DNA of 64,000 nucleotides from positions 8,310,001 to 8,374,000 of the forward strand of contig NC_045698.1 of assembly GCF_009834535.1 (NCBI RefSeq). Direction: 5' to 3'. The translations under genes were made by a program, and so were the position numbers. The stretch is from Camelus ferus. Lineage: Eukaryota. Below, in pieces: positions 37,513-50,840 of this stretch. A model generated the notes under the pieces. The model was not told the origin of the DNA and made no database searches. It saw only the letters and a list, made by a program, of their open reading frames with translations. The first letter of the stretch is position 1; the number at the start of each line of letters is the position of its first letter.

Positions 37513-40273
37513 GATGGTGCTAACTACAATATTAAAACCAAGAACACTCTCCTATTAACTTGTTTAAATACAAATGGAACAAGCGAGTCTGGTACTATTT
37601 TTCATTTCTTTTCATACTGTGCAGTTGATCAAAAAAATTCCTCCTTATACTATAAGTAGCTTCATGACTTGAACATTTCATTGTGCTCCTTTCTAATACA
37701 GATCCTGCTGGTTTATCTAGGAAGAGTGACATCCTTTCCAACTCTCTGAAACTACAGCACTAACTAGAGTACAAAATAAAAAACCAGGTTGCAGCGAGAG
37801 AGATGCAAATGAATTTCAGAGACAACCTCCACTTAGGGAGATGGAAGGGGCAGGAAGAATGAAGAAACCGAGGGCGACAGCCCAGGCTTAGAAGGTGGCA
37901 TCTGAGATGGACAGTGGAGGAGACTACCTGACCATGTGAAGGGCTAGAGGAAAAGCCTTACAGATGGTACGGCATGAGTCAGGCACAGAGACAGGCAAAT
38001 GTTAAACGTGTGCCTGTGTGTTTCAGGGAGTGATGAATTCAATTCGACTGGCGTGTAGGGCTACACTGAGTATCACGCAAATTAGCTTGAAAGTTTTGAC
38101 TTAGGCAAAAGTTTATATTCAGCAACGATCCTGATGTTTACTATTTATTAAATGTGAAGCACCATCTCATTTATCTCCAAGCTCCATGTAAAAAACCCTT
38201 TGAAATTTTCCTGAGCTCATCTGTTTCATCGATAAGAAAATAATTAACGAAACTTAACTTTGTTTTTTTGCTTTTGTTTGTCTGTTTGTTTTACATCTGA
38301 AGGTAAACAGTGTTAAGATAGACCCTGTACTGCATTATAAGGATACTGCACTGCAAGGATGTTCGTTGGCCTGCCCCTCAATGTCCCTGTCAGCTGCAGA
38401 GCTTTTTCATAATTAGGTGGACACAGGAAGGTCCTCTGGGGTTGTGGACACAGACGGCTATTGGCTCCTCCACCCAGAGAAATAGTCTCATTTCTCTTCG
38501 CTTCATTTATACTGTTGACATTTCTTTCCAGTGATTTTGTGTGTGTGTATCTTTCAGAGCGCCTGTTCCTCGTTGCCTCCAGAGTGGTTTTTAATTGCTA
38601 CTGTCACATCGCCTGCTGATTAAGGAGCCCAAGGTGACCACAGGGCTGACATCAGGTAAGAGGGAGTTATTATTATAATTGTACCCTGATAGAGTAGTAA
38701 AATGGTTGTACTATTTGTATAATAACAGTTGTACTGTTACTCTAATTATTTTATCTTGAAATGACCCAGTGAATGATTAAGGATATGAAATATAATCCAT
38801 TTGTGTAAAAAGGAGGGGCCTGGCCATCAGAATCGCTAAGTGAATAATTCAACATTACCCAGTCAGTGGAACAGCAGAGACACTGACACAGTGACAGCCA
38901 GCCCAATGGCTTTTCTGATTCTTGACAAGGTATGTAATACGCAAATACCTATCAGGTCTTTTGCTTCACCTGTGAAATATTACTTCCCCACTGCTCAGGT
39001 AGTGATATACTCAAAACATGAACATTCTTATAGTAAGTTGTTTAAATACAAATGCAACAATCAGATCTGATCCAACTTTTCACTCTTTACCACACACTAC
39101 ACAGCTGATTAACAAAAAAACCCTCTTTACTAGAGCAGCTTTATGACTTGAACATTTCACTGTGATCCTTTCTTAAGTCAACTTCAAAAGCCTAAACTTA
39201 ACCCTGTCTTCAAGCTGTGAAAATCTAAGATTCTTTTCCTTTCATTTAATTTTCCTTTTGGAAATTTCTCCACTGCGAATGAATCAAGTACACTCTAACA
39301 AGGAATATGTCCATATTCGCACCCTGAGCCTCAGACAAGAACTTGTAGGAATGTAGTGTTGATGGATGTACCACTGTTGGGATAGTTTATACACCACCGC
39401 TGAAGCAAGACGAGCTGTGACCGATGCATTTTTTCCATAGTCGTCATCCTTCCACATCTCCCCAATACGGGGAAGCGTCTTAATGGATGCGCATTAGCAA
39501 GTTTGCAGGCTTATTTTCAGTCATAAAGAAGAGTGTGCCAGATGCTCGTGGTACACTGAATTTGTCACACTGTAGACAGGCTAATATCATTATGTGAGAC
39601 CACAGGGGAAAAAGTAAAAGATTCACATTTAATCCATATTAACTACCGGGAGACCCATCAAGGCAGTTGGGCTAGCTCATGATACAGCAGCTTCCAGCAA
39701 ATTAGCAGCCCATAACAACTTAGTTATAATGAGCTGCAAGATCTTACACCATAAGCTCCTCTCCATTAAAGTGAATTCAAGTACATGAATTCATGTACAG
39801 AGTATAACCTTAACATCTGTCTGTGCTTAGCCAATATTTTGTTTATGCCTTTTTAGGAACAGCCAAATGATCCCCGTGTCCCCTGAAACGAGGAGCTGTA
39901 ATTTCCAGCAACTGCAGTTTTTACGGGATCGAGGGCAGAGCTGATCCACGTCGGCCGCCCCGGCCCCCGAGCCGGGCAGCAGGCAGCTCGTGATGCCGCC
40001 GCCGCCGTCTCGCACACGGTGGGCTGGTCTCCTCCCCAGCCATTTCCCCTTGCCAGACAAGTGGGGAAAGTCATCGTCTAGATGTAAACTGAGTAGGCAA
40101 GACAAGACACGTGAAGCTATAAATCCTGTAAAACGCATATTCAGTTAAGCAAAACGACTTAAATCATATCCTACTCAACTCAGCATGGAGATCCTAGCTA
40201 TTTTAATTAATTTAGGTCATTGTTTTCCCTGTAAAAGCAATGTCCGTCTCCTCTTCGTATAGTGGAGTGAATG

Positions 40274-40441
40274 CCCTTTAGAGATTCAGGGAATAATAAT
40301 ATAATACTATCACTATTATAATAATTATTCTTTCTATTTTATAGATGAGGAAACACCCTTTAGGGTTTCAGGAAATGATAATAATATTAATACCATCACT
40401 ATTATAATAATTATTGCTTCTGTTTTACAGCTGAGGAAACA
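40274..40441. repeat. Diverged tandem duplication (82 bp + 86 bp) including part of a MIR core
   Basis: ccctttag..ttcagg..atcactattataataattatt..tgaggaaaca occurs at 40274-40355 and 40356-40441. Confidence 0.9.
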
Positions 40442-42074
40442 GAGGAATAGGTTACCCATGGTTAACTAGTGGCTAAGTTAAAGGAACAGACATTTTATAT
40501 ACAGTTCAAGGTATCTTTAAAGAGTTTTACGTATAGGATGAATAAATACTTACATAAATAATAGAACTTCCCTATTCTTAGTCTGTCTTAAACAGTGGGT
40601 GTACATGAATCACTTGGGCAATGTTTTCAACATTTATGTCCTTCCTTCTGCCTCCAGAAACCTTAGCATGTTGAAAAGTGGGTATTGCAAATATCAGTGT
40701 GGGCTTTCTAGCTCTTTCCACACCCAAACTGCATCTAGTTGTAATCGACCTAGATATAACGTCTTAAAACGTCTTAGATGGAGGGGGTCTAGAAGGTCAT
40801 TCAGTTATCACCCACCCTTCTTAAAGACTCAGCCTCTCAGACAGTCACTGCCTGAAAGCTAGATACCGGGGACGAGAGCTCAAACTCAGATGCACACCGC
40901 TCCACTGAAGGACAGCTCTGGGTGTCAAAACCACACTATACCTTCCTGTAAAAATCTAATAATTGATTCTGACCCTGACTCCTGTTCTCGTTCTGTCCGC
41001 TGATTCACCAAAGCACGACACTGACTTTTTCATTGACGCGATAGACCAGCCAGTGTTTGAAAACCACACCTTCTCTTCTGTGATTTAAATAAGGGGGCCG
41101 TTCAGAATTCTCATCATTGTTCTTACAAGTTTCATCATTCTGGCCACAGCGCTGTATATTGTTTCTCTTGTTAGTAGTAGATCCCCCCTACCCTTAATTC
41201 GTAATATCCAGCATTGCGCGTAGTATTCCAAATACACTCTGGAAAGTGTGAAGCACTTAAGTGTCGCTGCCTTGCAGCACTGAAACTGAACTTCCATCAA
41301 TGTAACCTAGCAGTACGTTAGCTTTCTTAATCTTGTGAAACAGTTGCCTCGTATGAAATTTGAATTCAACTAAACCTCTAGTTCTTTATCCAAAATTGCT
41401 GCCGAGTTCGGTTTCCATACACGAAGTGCCTCTGCGTTTGATACCTTTGTACCTACAGACAGGGCTGGACATATATCCAAGTTTTCAACTTTTTGTTTTT
41501 AATCTCCTTTTTTTTCCCCCAGCATTTTAGGTTCTTCTTGAAATCTAATTCTATATCAAATGTATATACATTTTCTTAGCCTTTATAATCTGCAAATTCT
41601 ATAAGCTTGCTTTGAAGACATTGGCTTAATTCTGTGATTAGAGTTTTGAATAGAAAGCTCAGTTTCTCCACTGCAGGCTTTTTATGAAGTTTCTACTCAA
41701 CAGTGTGTCCAAAGGGATATATAAACACGTGTCTAATACATGTCATCAGTACACAAAGCTCAGCAAAGGCCTTGGGTTGCTCTCTAGTCCCTAGATGGAG
41801 GGGACCACGATCTGCACGCTGTCTTACTGTCCACCTCCCCATCTGCAGAACGTCTGCTGCTTATCATGCACTTGTTTGCAAATGATGAATAATCATTCAC
41901 AACTGTATGATGGTCTTCATCAGTCACCCCCAAATCTGGTTATAATCACGGCAGAGGGTCTTAGCAAGAGAGATGGCTGAGCTTTATAAATATACTTATT
42001 TCTCATATCTCAGGCTTTGAATTCAAATTTGGTCATTAACTTCCAAACACTGCTGAGCTGTGTAGCTCAGATGT

Positions 42075-42316
42075 GGCAGCAACTGTGTCTAAAGCGGGGT
42101 GCACAAGATAATCCACTGGGGTAGGGGAAGCAAAGGTTTGAACTACATTTTAAATTACTGTGATTTTTAAAATGACATTTTTGTATTTTCTGACATATGA
42201 GTTTTGACAGTTGAACATTTGCATCATGCACAAATAAAAAAGCACCTAATGGATGTTCTTGCTCAAAAAACGTTTACTGTTCGAGGAGTGAAACTGACAA
42301 AGGCTGCAGACCTCTG
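42075..42316. mobile_element. hAT-Charlie DNA transposon fragment
   Basis: ggggtgcacaagataatccactggggt...aaaaggctgcagacctctg resembles Charlie4-like termini. Confidence 0.5.
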
Positions 42317-42318
42317 GG

Positions 42319-42932
42319 TGACAGACACACACAGGCTGGGCCGGGGACCCAGGTAAGACCTGACCCTGTGAGCAGCTCTTTGCAGGAAGCAGTGCTTTGC
42401 AGGAGGCCCTTTGTCTTGTTAATTTAGCAAAGCTATATTTTAACTAACCTTTACACCAGGTGCCCGCGTGTTTAACTAACCTCAGGCCCAAGCACATCTT
42501 TCAAATCTTTTGATCACACAATGCCTTGCCTAACGTGTTGATTCTTAGGTTAAAGGAGAAATTAAGAATAAGTAATTAACAGATAACCAGATCTTTTCTG
42601 CAGCTTCCCCTTCAATAATCCCATGAGCAAACCATGTGAACAAAACAGCATCTAAAGAAAGATCACCAGGAGTCAGCAAGTCTGCACACAGTGAAAGATG
42701 ACGAAGACTTTGACCTCTTCCCCAAATGATTAACTGTGACCAGCTTCCCCTTTTCCCTTTAAAAACTTTTACAATCGAGCAGAATCTTCAGAGCTGGTTT
42801 TCAGACACGAGCCTGCCATCTCCCCAGGTTGCCAGACTCCTAAGTAAAGCAATCTTTCCTTTCCTCCCAACCCTTGCCTCTCAGGAATATTGGCTTTTGA
42901 GCGGCGAGCAGCCAAACCTGAGTTTGGTAACA
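42319..42932 (+). mobile_element. Solo ERV1-class LTR
   Basis: TG...CA ends (gagtttggtaaca at 42920-42932), TATA-like tttaaaa, AGTAAA poly(A) signal, U5 attggcttttgagcggcgagcagcc. Confidence 0.8.
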
Positions 42933-44739
42933 ACCTTAGCCAATCTGTTCTGCTCCACAGCTAAATGGTGATGGGGACTCAACACTGGGAAGGCCCTGCC
43001 CGGGAGACAAGAAAACCCTATTCATTTGGAAGGGATCACAGAATGGAAGCCTTTAATTTTGCAGGTACAGAATCTGTGGTGCAGAGGAATTAAGTGACTA
43101 GACTGAGAGCCTCAGAGCCCTTTGGGGACATACTGGGAGAAGAAAATGAAATGAAATAAGGTTAGTACCAGAGCTAGACCTGATTTCGCTCCATTGCTCT
43201 TTCTCCAAATATATTACCCCAATGAGGAAATAAACAAACCAACCAAAAGCCAAAAACAATAAAAAAAGAAAGAAAAGAAACAAAAGGAATTGGAGGAGAC
43301 AGCCACTTAACTACATCTTTTGGCCCCACCCTTCCACTGACTGATGTGAGGGGACAGCATTAGGCCCAGCGGATGACACCAGCTGTGAACTTTCTGAACA
43401 CCTGCTCACTCCTCAGTGAGCAGAGTCATCTTCTAACTTTAAAACCCTTTTGAATTGTGCCTTCAAAAGTTATGAACATCCACATTGTTCTAAGATGAGT
43501 AACACGTTGCCAAAAACTAAATCAAGGTTACAGCAGGGGAATATCCACTCGTAACCTTGGTCCAGTAAAATGTTCCTGTGCAGCTGGAAGAGGAAATTAT
43601 CATGTACTTTATAAACGCCATCACCTGGCTCCTGACCACAATGAGAAGAATGTCACTGCTCTCAAGGAAAGAAAGTTAAGCCCTAAGTATGTCCGTGTTT
43701 TCTTAAAATCCAACAACTGGAGTGCACTGGGGCCTACAGAGAAAACAAAGACTCTGGTTTTCCTCCAGCCCCATGGTTTTCCTAATACAACACAGCCAAG
43801 CAGCCTATTTCACACCTGATTAAATTCACCATGAATTTTGTCTCCAATGAAAGCATAGTCTCAAAGTTTTCCCAATACATCAGTGATCCCTGCAAACAAA
43901 GATGATTTAAAAAAAAAAACTTGGCCTGGCTTCCTTTTAAAAGTGGAAGTTAAGAGTAAGGTCTTACAGAACACTGATAGTGATAAACTCATTAGGATGG
44001 ATGTAGCCTCTGTGTCACTGTAACATACTCTCTTCCTAGATTGTGGTGCTTTGGAAAGGAAGCGGAGGGGTGATAATAATAATAGCCACTGACTCATCTT
44101 CTGGCCCCCACTAGCATGACAGCTCCATGAAGGCAGTGGCTTCGCCTCTCTTTATTCCAAACTTTTAGAAGAGGGACTGGCAAGTACCAGAACTCAGTAA
44201 ATAGGGTTGTAATAACAACTGTGCTATGCCATTTAGCTTAAGTCATCCTTATGAGATGCTTTGGCTTCTGTAGACTTATTGAAAGGAATGAAAATGATAC
44301 ACATGGCTGCACAATAAAACAAACAACACAATTATCATGAAACAGACTGAGAAATGGGGACAACATTCTAAGATCAGGCCTTGACCACGTGTCTAGCATC
44401 CACCTTCTTAGCTCTGAGCAGCCCAGCTGGTATCCACGTGAACAGAACTTTCCCTTCTGTCTGTCTGTCTCCCTCTTTATTTCACACATGCATGCACCAA
44501 TACAGCCTGGCAGACAGTGGGCCTGGAAAGAGACAAGATTTGGATTAATCACATGCTGATGACCCCGCCAATCTCATATCACCTTGAATCTGTCACTTGC
44601 ATGCATCTCCAAGGTGGCAGCTAGGACTGTTCCAATCTCTATCCTGCCCCCAAATCTCTGCAGAGAACTCTCAGATCGCCCTTGAACTTGTCCCTCCACC
44701 TCCCATACAGCCAGCTTCTGCCTATCTGTGAAATCAGAC

Positions 44740-44880
44740 AGGCAGTTCTCAAAAGCTCCTGGGTCTAGCAGTTTTCTAGGGAATCTATGAAAAATGCAGA
44801 TGTCCAAGGCCAGCCTCTGAGATGCTGAGTCAGGAAGCGGCCTTTATGATAGTTGCTCCAGCCGATTCTGATGTGGGAGG
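44740..44880. mobile_element. MER5A-like fragment
   Basis: gcagttctcaaa...aaaatgcagatgtcc...gattctgatg. Confidence 0.5.
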
Positions 44881-47039
44881 GTGTCCGGCAGCACCTCATC
44901 ACCAGCCCCAGAGCTCCAGGCCCAGCAGGATCCCAAACAGGAACATGCTGACTGGCGGGTGAAACAGTTCACAGTAAAAGGGAGAGCAGGCAGGCGGGAG
45001 GGAACTAGTAACGAAAAACAAAGGGAGAATTATGCAGTGGGGTGGGGAGGCGGGGGCTGGATATCTCTGAAGAGGCAAAAATCAATGAAGATTTTCCAAA
45101 ATCTAAGTGAGATGATTAAACTGAGCAGCGCTGTTGGCTAGAAGGCTGAGCGTGAGCTGCAGAGCTCAGCAGACATGGATTCTAAACTTCGCACTAATTC
45201 ATCTCTGTGACACGCCATGTAACGAAGTCACATCTCCGGTTAATGTTTCTGATCCACAGCTCAGGGATATGATCTAACTCATAAGGCCTTCGCGGGGACT
45301 TAGTGAGATCCTGGAAGTAAACACGGAATCAAGAGCCCTGGATGAGCTCATTAAGTGTATCAATGATCCTTTCAGAGCAATAACAAAATAAAAGGGTCAA
45401 GTTCATCAGTTTTTACGTGAACAAACGCAAACATACTGAGAGAATAAGTCCCTGCGTGGGAAATGAACGCTATTTGACAAATATCCGTGTACATTTGCCA
45501 AATATATGACGGCCTGCAAACAGCATCAGGTCCAAGGCAGGTCTGGGCCACAACGCAGCTACCTGTGCTGGAAACCGCAGGGGAGCATCACGGCCAAATG
45601 GCCCAACCACCCGGGGCCGGGGATGGCGCAGACACAGCCCCCAGCCCACTCCAAGTTCCCCTCTTTAAGTCTTTTCATCCTCCCCTCTGTATTGATGGTT
45701 TCTATTTTTTGGCAGAAGAGCTCTGTGATCATGTATGTGCAACTAATCCCCAACCCTGGCACCTAAATTTAATTACTTTAAACATTTCAACACTGAATAT
45801 AGTATCTCCTGCAGAAACTTGCTTAACGCCAATGAAAACAATCAGAAATTGGTTCAGAGGAGCAGGAGGGCTTGAAATGAACTGAAGAGGGGCCATGTGA
45901 ACAATGTGGAGGCTATGCAATTATCTCATTCTGTGTTCTCATTGGAGGAAAACCTATTCAGATACTACACTGGACATGCAAACAGCAGCTGAGGCTTATG
46001 GGATACAGAAAGGTTCTAATAACCTGTTTGTCTTATACTGAAACCATCAGACACTTGACCAACACTTAAAATTGGCTTTTCTTCTTCAAAAGTGAGCTGG
46101 TACCTTTGGAAGCCACAGTCTAACTCAACAGTTTTACTCCTAGAGGAAGTGATCCTCACAGCTCTGAAAAATACATTAGAGAAGATCACTATAAAGTTAG
46201 CCACTCTGTAGTGTCTGTTAAATTCCTAGAGTTTGCAGAGTTTATTTTTAAAAACACAAGTGCGGAGCTTAAACTTGTCAAATGTATGATGAACTTGATG
46301 AAACAAAGGCAGGTGATTTGATCCACAAATAAAATACATCCAATGTCATTATGCTTTCCAGGTAAGCCAGCATTAGATACAGCCACACTATACAAGATAC
46401 CGCTATGCATATGATGAATATTGACTAGTAATTCTTAGGACCCTAAGAAAGTATTTTGTTTTTTGAGTAGCATTTTGTTTAACAGAGCTGCTAACTGAAT
46501 ATGATCACATGAATAATCCAGCCCATTGAATCTCTTTCTCAGGTTAATGGACATTAGAAACATGAAGAAATATATGATTTAACATTTTAGAGACTGTATA
46601 TGCTTCTTTGTGTGTTTCTTATAAAGAATACTGTGGAGACCATGCAGATAAATCACAGACCCTTAGGGAAAGCTGGAGTGTTAGTGACGGCCACACCTTT
46701 TACGGCAGAAGCAGCTGATGACTATGGAAGCTGAAGGCACTGGTCAAGTTTCCACAGCCAGAGGGTGGGAAGAGGGGAGAAGAAGCTGGGTGTCCTCACC
46801 AAGAGTCCATCTGATGTCACAGACCACGCCACAGAAGGGACACTCCCCCTCCTACTCTGTGACAACACTGGAGTCTGGGCTAGGAGTGCTGGTGCATAAG
46901 CGATGAGGAATCTTCTGCTTGTATTTGACCACTTTCTCTGCATTCAGGCTAGAATAATGGGTTTCAAGTGGTAATTTTCAATGTTCTCTATTTTTAAAAA
47001 TCTGAAACAACAACCACAAAGTAGAATACTGTGTATTTG

Positions 47040-47392
47040 GTGTCATCCCTCAGTATCCTTGAGGAATTCGTTCTAGGATACTCAGGGAATACCAAAATCC
47101 ACAGATGCTCAAGTCCCTTGTATTTAATGGTGTAGTGCTCACATATAACCTATGCATATCCTCCCATATACATTCAGTCATCTCTAGATTACTTGTACTA
47201 CTTCATATAATGCAAATGCTATGTAAATAGCTGTAAAAAACAAACAATGTAAATACTTAGTAAATAGTTGCCAGGGCACACCAAATTCATTTTGCTTGTT
47301 GGAACTTTCTGGAATTCTTCCCCCCCAAGTATTTCGATCTGCAATTGGTTGAACTATGGATACAGGACTCATCAATATAAAAAAGCCAACTG
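47040..47392. mobile_element. MER2-type TcMar-Tigger MITE
   Basis: ccctcagtatcc...accaaaatccacagatgctcaagtccc...catctctagattactt...aaatgctatgtaaatag...gccaactgta. Confidence 0.88.
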
Positions 47393-47399
47393 TATTCAG

Positions 47400-47990
47400 A
47401 TCTTCATTTGTTCATTCAGTAAGGAAGGCAGGCTTACTGGGTCCAGGTGCTGAGAAGGCATCAAGACAAAAATCAGACCAAAAGCCCTGCCCTTGTGGAG
47501 GTGATGTTCTAGTGGAGAAAATGAACATTGAACAAAATGGACAAGTGGACGACACAGGGCACCATCTTTTGTAAAGGCAATGGAGGATAACAGGGCAGGA
47601 AAAGATGGGGGGGCCATTTAAGTAGAGTTATCGGAAACGTACTCATTGACAAGGTGACACTGGAGCAAAGATCTAAAGAGCCAAAGGAACGGGGCATGTG
47701 TCTGTCTGGGCTGGATTTGGGGTGGAGGGGGCTGTCTCACTGTGTTAAGCAGAAGTCAATGGCAAATGCAAAAGCCTTGTGCTGGGAGTGCGTTCCTGGA
47801 GAAGCAAGAAGTTTTCTATGCTGGAGCCAAGTAAGCAAGAGGAAGACTCAGGAGATGTGGGAGAGACTGGGGTGGCAGGCAGCAGATCGCGCAGGGGCTT
47901 CTCGACCCTTTGACTTCTACTCTACATACAGTAGTAACATGAGAGGATTTACACTTTCATAGGATTTCTCTGGCAACTACACGGAAATAA
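47400..47990 (-). mobile_element. L2 3' region
   Basis: ttcatttgttcattca...ccaggtgctg...ccctgcccttgtggag...aaggtgacactggagcaaagatct. Confidence 0.7.
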
Positions 47991-50469
47991 TCTTTATAAG
48001 TCACTCAGTAACAGGAATTTCATACAATAACTTAACTTTTTTCCATCCCGGGTTGGGAGGGTCAAATAAACATATTTGAATATACTGCATAAACTTCATT
48101 GCTGTTTCCTGCTCTCCTTGGCCACGCCTCCTTTAGAGCAATTATTTGACTGCATTACAGTTACTAGTGCTCATGTTGGCATCCTCACCAGATTTTTTAG
48201 TTCTTGAAACCTTGAAAATATCTCTTTCCATTTTTGTACCTGGCACCTCATGCAATGATACCACATTGGAGGGACTCAACAAAGATTTGGTGAATATAAG
48301 GTATTGCAAAATACAAGAATTATAAACAAGCTATAAAGCAGAGCTCTAAATCAGAATTCACATGTTAATAAGCTACTTGTAGAAACACAAACACAAATCT
48401 TTGTTCCAAAACCATTCCAGTCGGAACTGTTGGTTATTCATTGCAGTTCTGCAACTTGACAATATAATCAGCTGAGCTGGACCAAATCTGGAATTGCCTG
48501 GGTAAATATGGTTTTTAAAACAACTGAGACTAGTTTTCTTAATTGTGCACATAAAACTTAAAGAGTAAAATAGCCCAGAAAGGATTTTGCCACTTCGCCT
48601 TAGAAATCCTCAGAGTGTCTATTTCTTTTAAATCATATCTGGTTTGACTCTCTGCTTATGTTTTAGAATGTCACCTCAAGGACCTATTTAGTATGTTTAC
48701 AGATACAGCTACATGATATAAATTCTGGATTTAAAAAAGAAGTTACTTAAAAATAATTTAAACTTAAAAACAGTTTAAATACCCTTCCCATAAAAAATAT
48801 TTATACTTGGCAACATGGGTAAAGAGCATCTATGCATGTCAGTTAACTTTTTATTTTTTAAAAAACTTTTTGAATAGTATGCATACACGATGCCCTATAG
48901 TTTAAAGGTTCACTGTCACTTGGACCCATTACCTTGATGTTACACAAAGTGGGTGCCTAGACATTATATTCCTAAAGTGAAGCTTAACACTTGTTTACTT
49001 TTATATTTAGGCAGTATTATTAAATAACAGTCAATCTGCGGAAAATACTTTCAAAGGTCAAAGTTTTCTTAAATTACCATCCTCAATCTACACCACTGAG
49101 GTTTACTTCCATTCCTTAAAAATGAAAAGATTTCTTCACCATAATATTATTTACATAAACTTTTAAAACTTTAATTAATGGAAATAAAACATTTCTTAAG
49201 AGGTACCCCCTCAGAGTATATGCAAGCCATCCTTTGTTAGCTTCTTTAAAATAAAATTTATCCATGCTAGGCAATTAACATACTACAACATGTGACAATA
49301 TGTTTCTGATAAAAATAAGTCAATTCATGTCAACATGGTCATTATTTGTACTTAGTATCTGAGTTACAAAATCATTCAAATTTCAAATAATACTAATCAC
49401 GTAAAATGTTAATTTGTGATTTTCATAGTGGAAAGTCATCCTCTGTTGCTATTATTATCCATTTGAAAACACTCAACTTTAAAGATAAAAACCTAAAGGC
49501 TTTCTAAGGCATTCCATTTTACTATACTCACAATTCTACAATGCACACCTGTCTTACAGATATACAGAAATCTAATATACAACTCCCATAGACTGTCATC
49601 TTGTTAAATTACCAGCATTCTAAAATCAATTTGTTTCTTTAATCTCTTGAGTATCAAAATATTTTAAGTCTAGCAGTGACACAGGTGAAATCTATGAAGT
49701 CATTGTAAATTTTGGCTAGTGATTCTCTCAATGAGTTATCTGAACAAAAGCAATCTGCAAACAGTTATCTGGTAAAGGTTTTCTATAATTATGGAATGTC
49801 TGTGTCCCATTTACACCTGCGCAATTTAGAATGAGCAAAACATGCAATTATCGCATTCTAATTTTAACATAAAGCCCGCCACTGAGAACTAAATTATCTC
49901 TATAAGAAAGACAGATGTAATGCAACAAGTTAGGTGTCCAATATATTGAATTTTTACAGTTACTTTGTATAGTGACACTGGTTGGGCGATTTTTATGCCT
50001 TTATACTCTTATGTATAATTTTTTTTCCTGGGTGAGGTTATTCATTTAATCATACTGAAGAGGAACAAAAAAGACCCACAATTTCCAAATCAAGTTTTAA
50101 TTACTAGATAATTCTCACTTAATTATAAATGGCTATTTACGTGGATAATCATAACTTTCATAAAATCTGAAGTATGTAGCTATGACACACCAAGTTCTAC
50201 TAAAAACTATTATTAAGCAGTTATAATGGTTAGTTGACGGGGAAACAGCACAAATTCGGTTATCTGGCTCTTACAATTTCAACATTAACGCGCTGAACAA
50301 ACTGACTGATCACCGTGAGGCCGGCAAGCAATTCTATCCATGTTTTCTACACATACCGCTCAACCTGCAGTTTTCAAACTTCAGTTAAAACCATCACAAA
50401 AAAAAACAACATTCATAATGAAAGCATTTAAAAATCAAATACGTTCAGTTTTCACTTTTTCTCTATTAC

Positions 50470-50840
50470 CTTTGGAAACAAACGGTCCTTAAATACTTCA
50501 AAACTGTAGTCGAGGCAAACAAGTCGACTAGTCACAAAGATGAGGGGTTACTTTTCCCTCCTTCCCGGGCAGCGGTGCGGGCGGTTCCTGGCGATCTCCC
50601 ATCCGCTCCTCCCTCCCCGCACCAGGAACCCCCGAGGAGCTCAGAAATCACGAACGGCGTGGAAAAACAGCCTCAAAAAAGTCAGGACGCCGAATTATCA
50701 TAGTTTTATTCCTGCTTTCACTTGCAAACAGTTTAAGAGAAAGCAAAACAAGAAGCATCAAGACACCGCAAGCCTAGTGGTTGCCGTCTTAAAAGAGAAA
50801 AGAATTGAGTTCAGCCAGGCACAAAGGTCTCCATGGCAAC
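50470..50840 (-). promoter_or_regulatory. Candidate internal (intron 2) promoter and alternative first exon of CTNND2
   Basis: CpG/GC-rich patch at about 50500-50700 with GC-box-like GCGGGCGG and CCCTCCCCGC; X-box GTCTCCATGGCAAC at 50827-50840; minus-strand donor AAG|GTAATA at 50470/50469; surrounding 48.4-51.7 kb largely free of recognisable TEs. Confidence 0.5.

Noticed and set aside
39781..39798. Perfect 18-bp palindrome GTACATGAATTCATGTAC
   Set aside because: A rough estimate gives a few tenths to about one such palindrome by chance in 64 kb of AT-rich DNA, and there is no supporting context.
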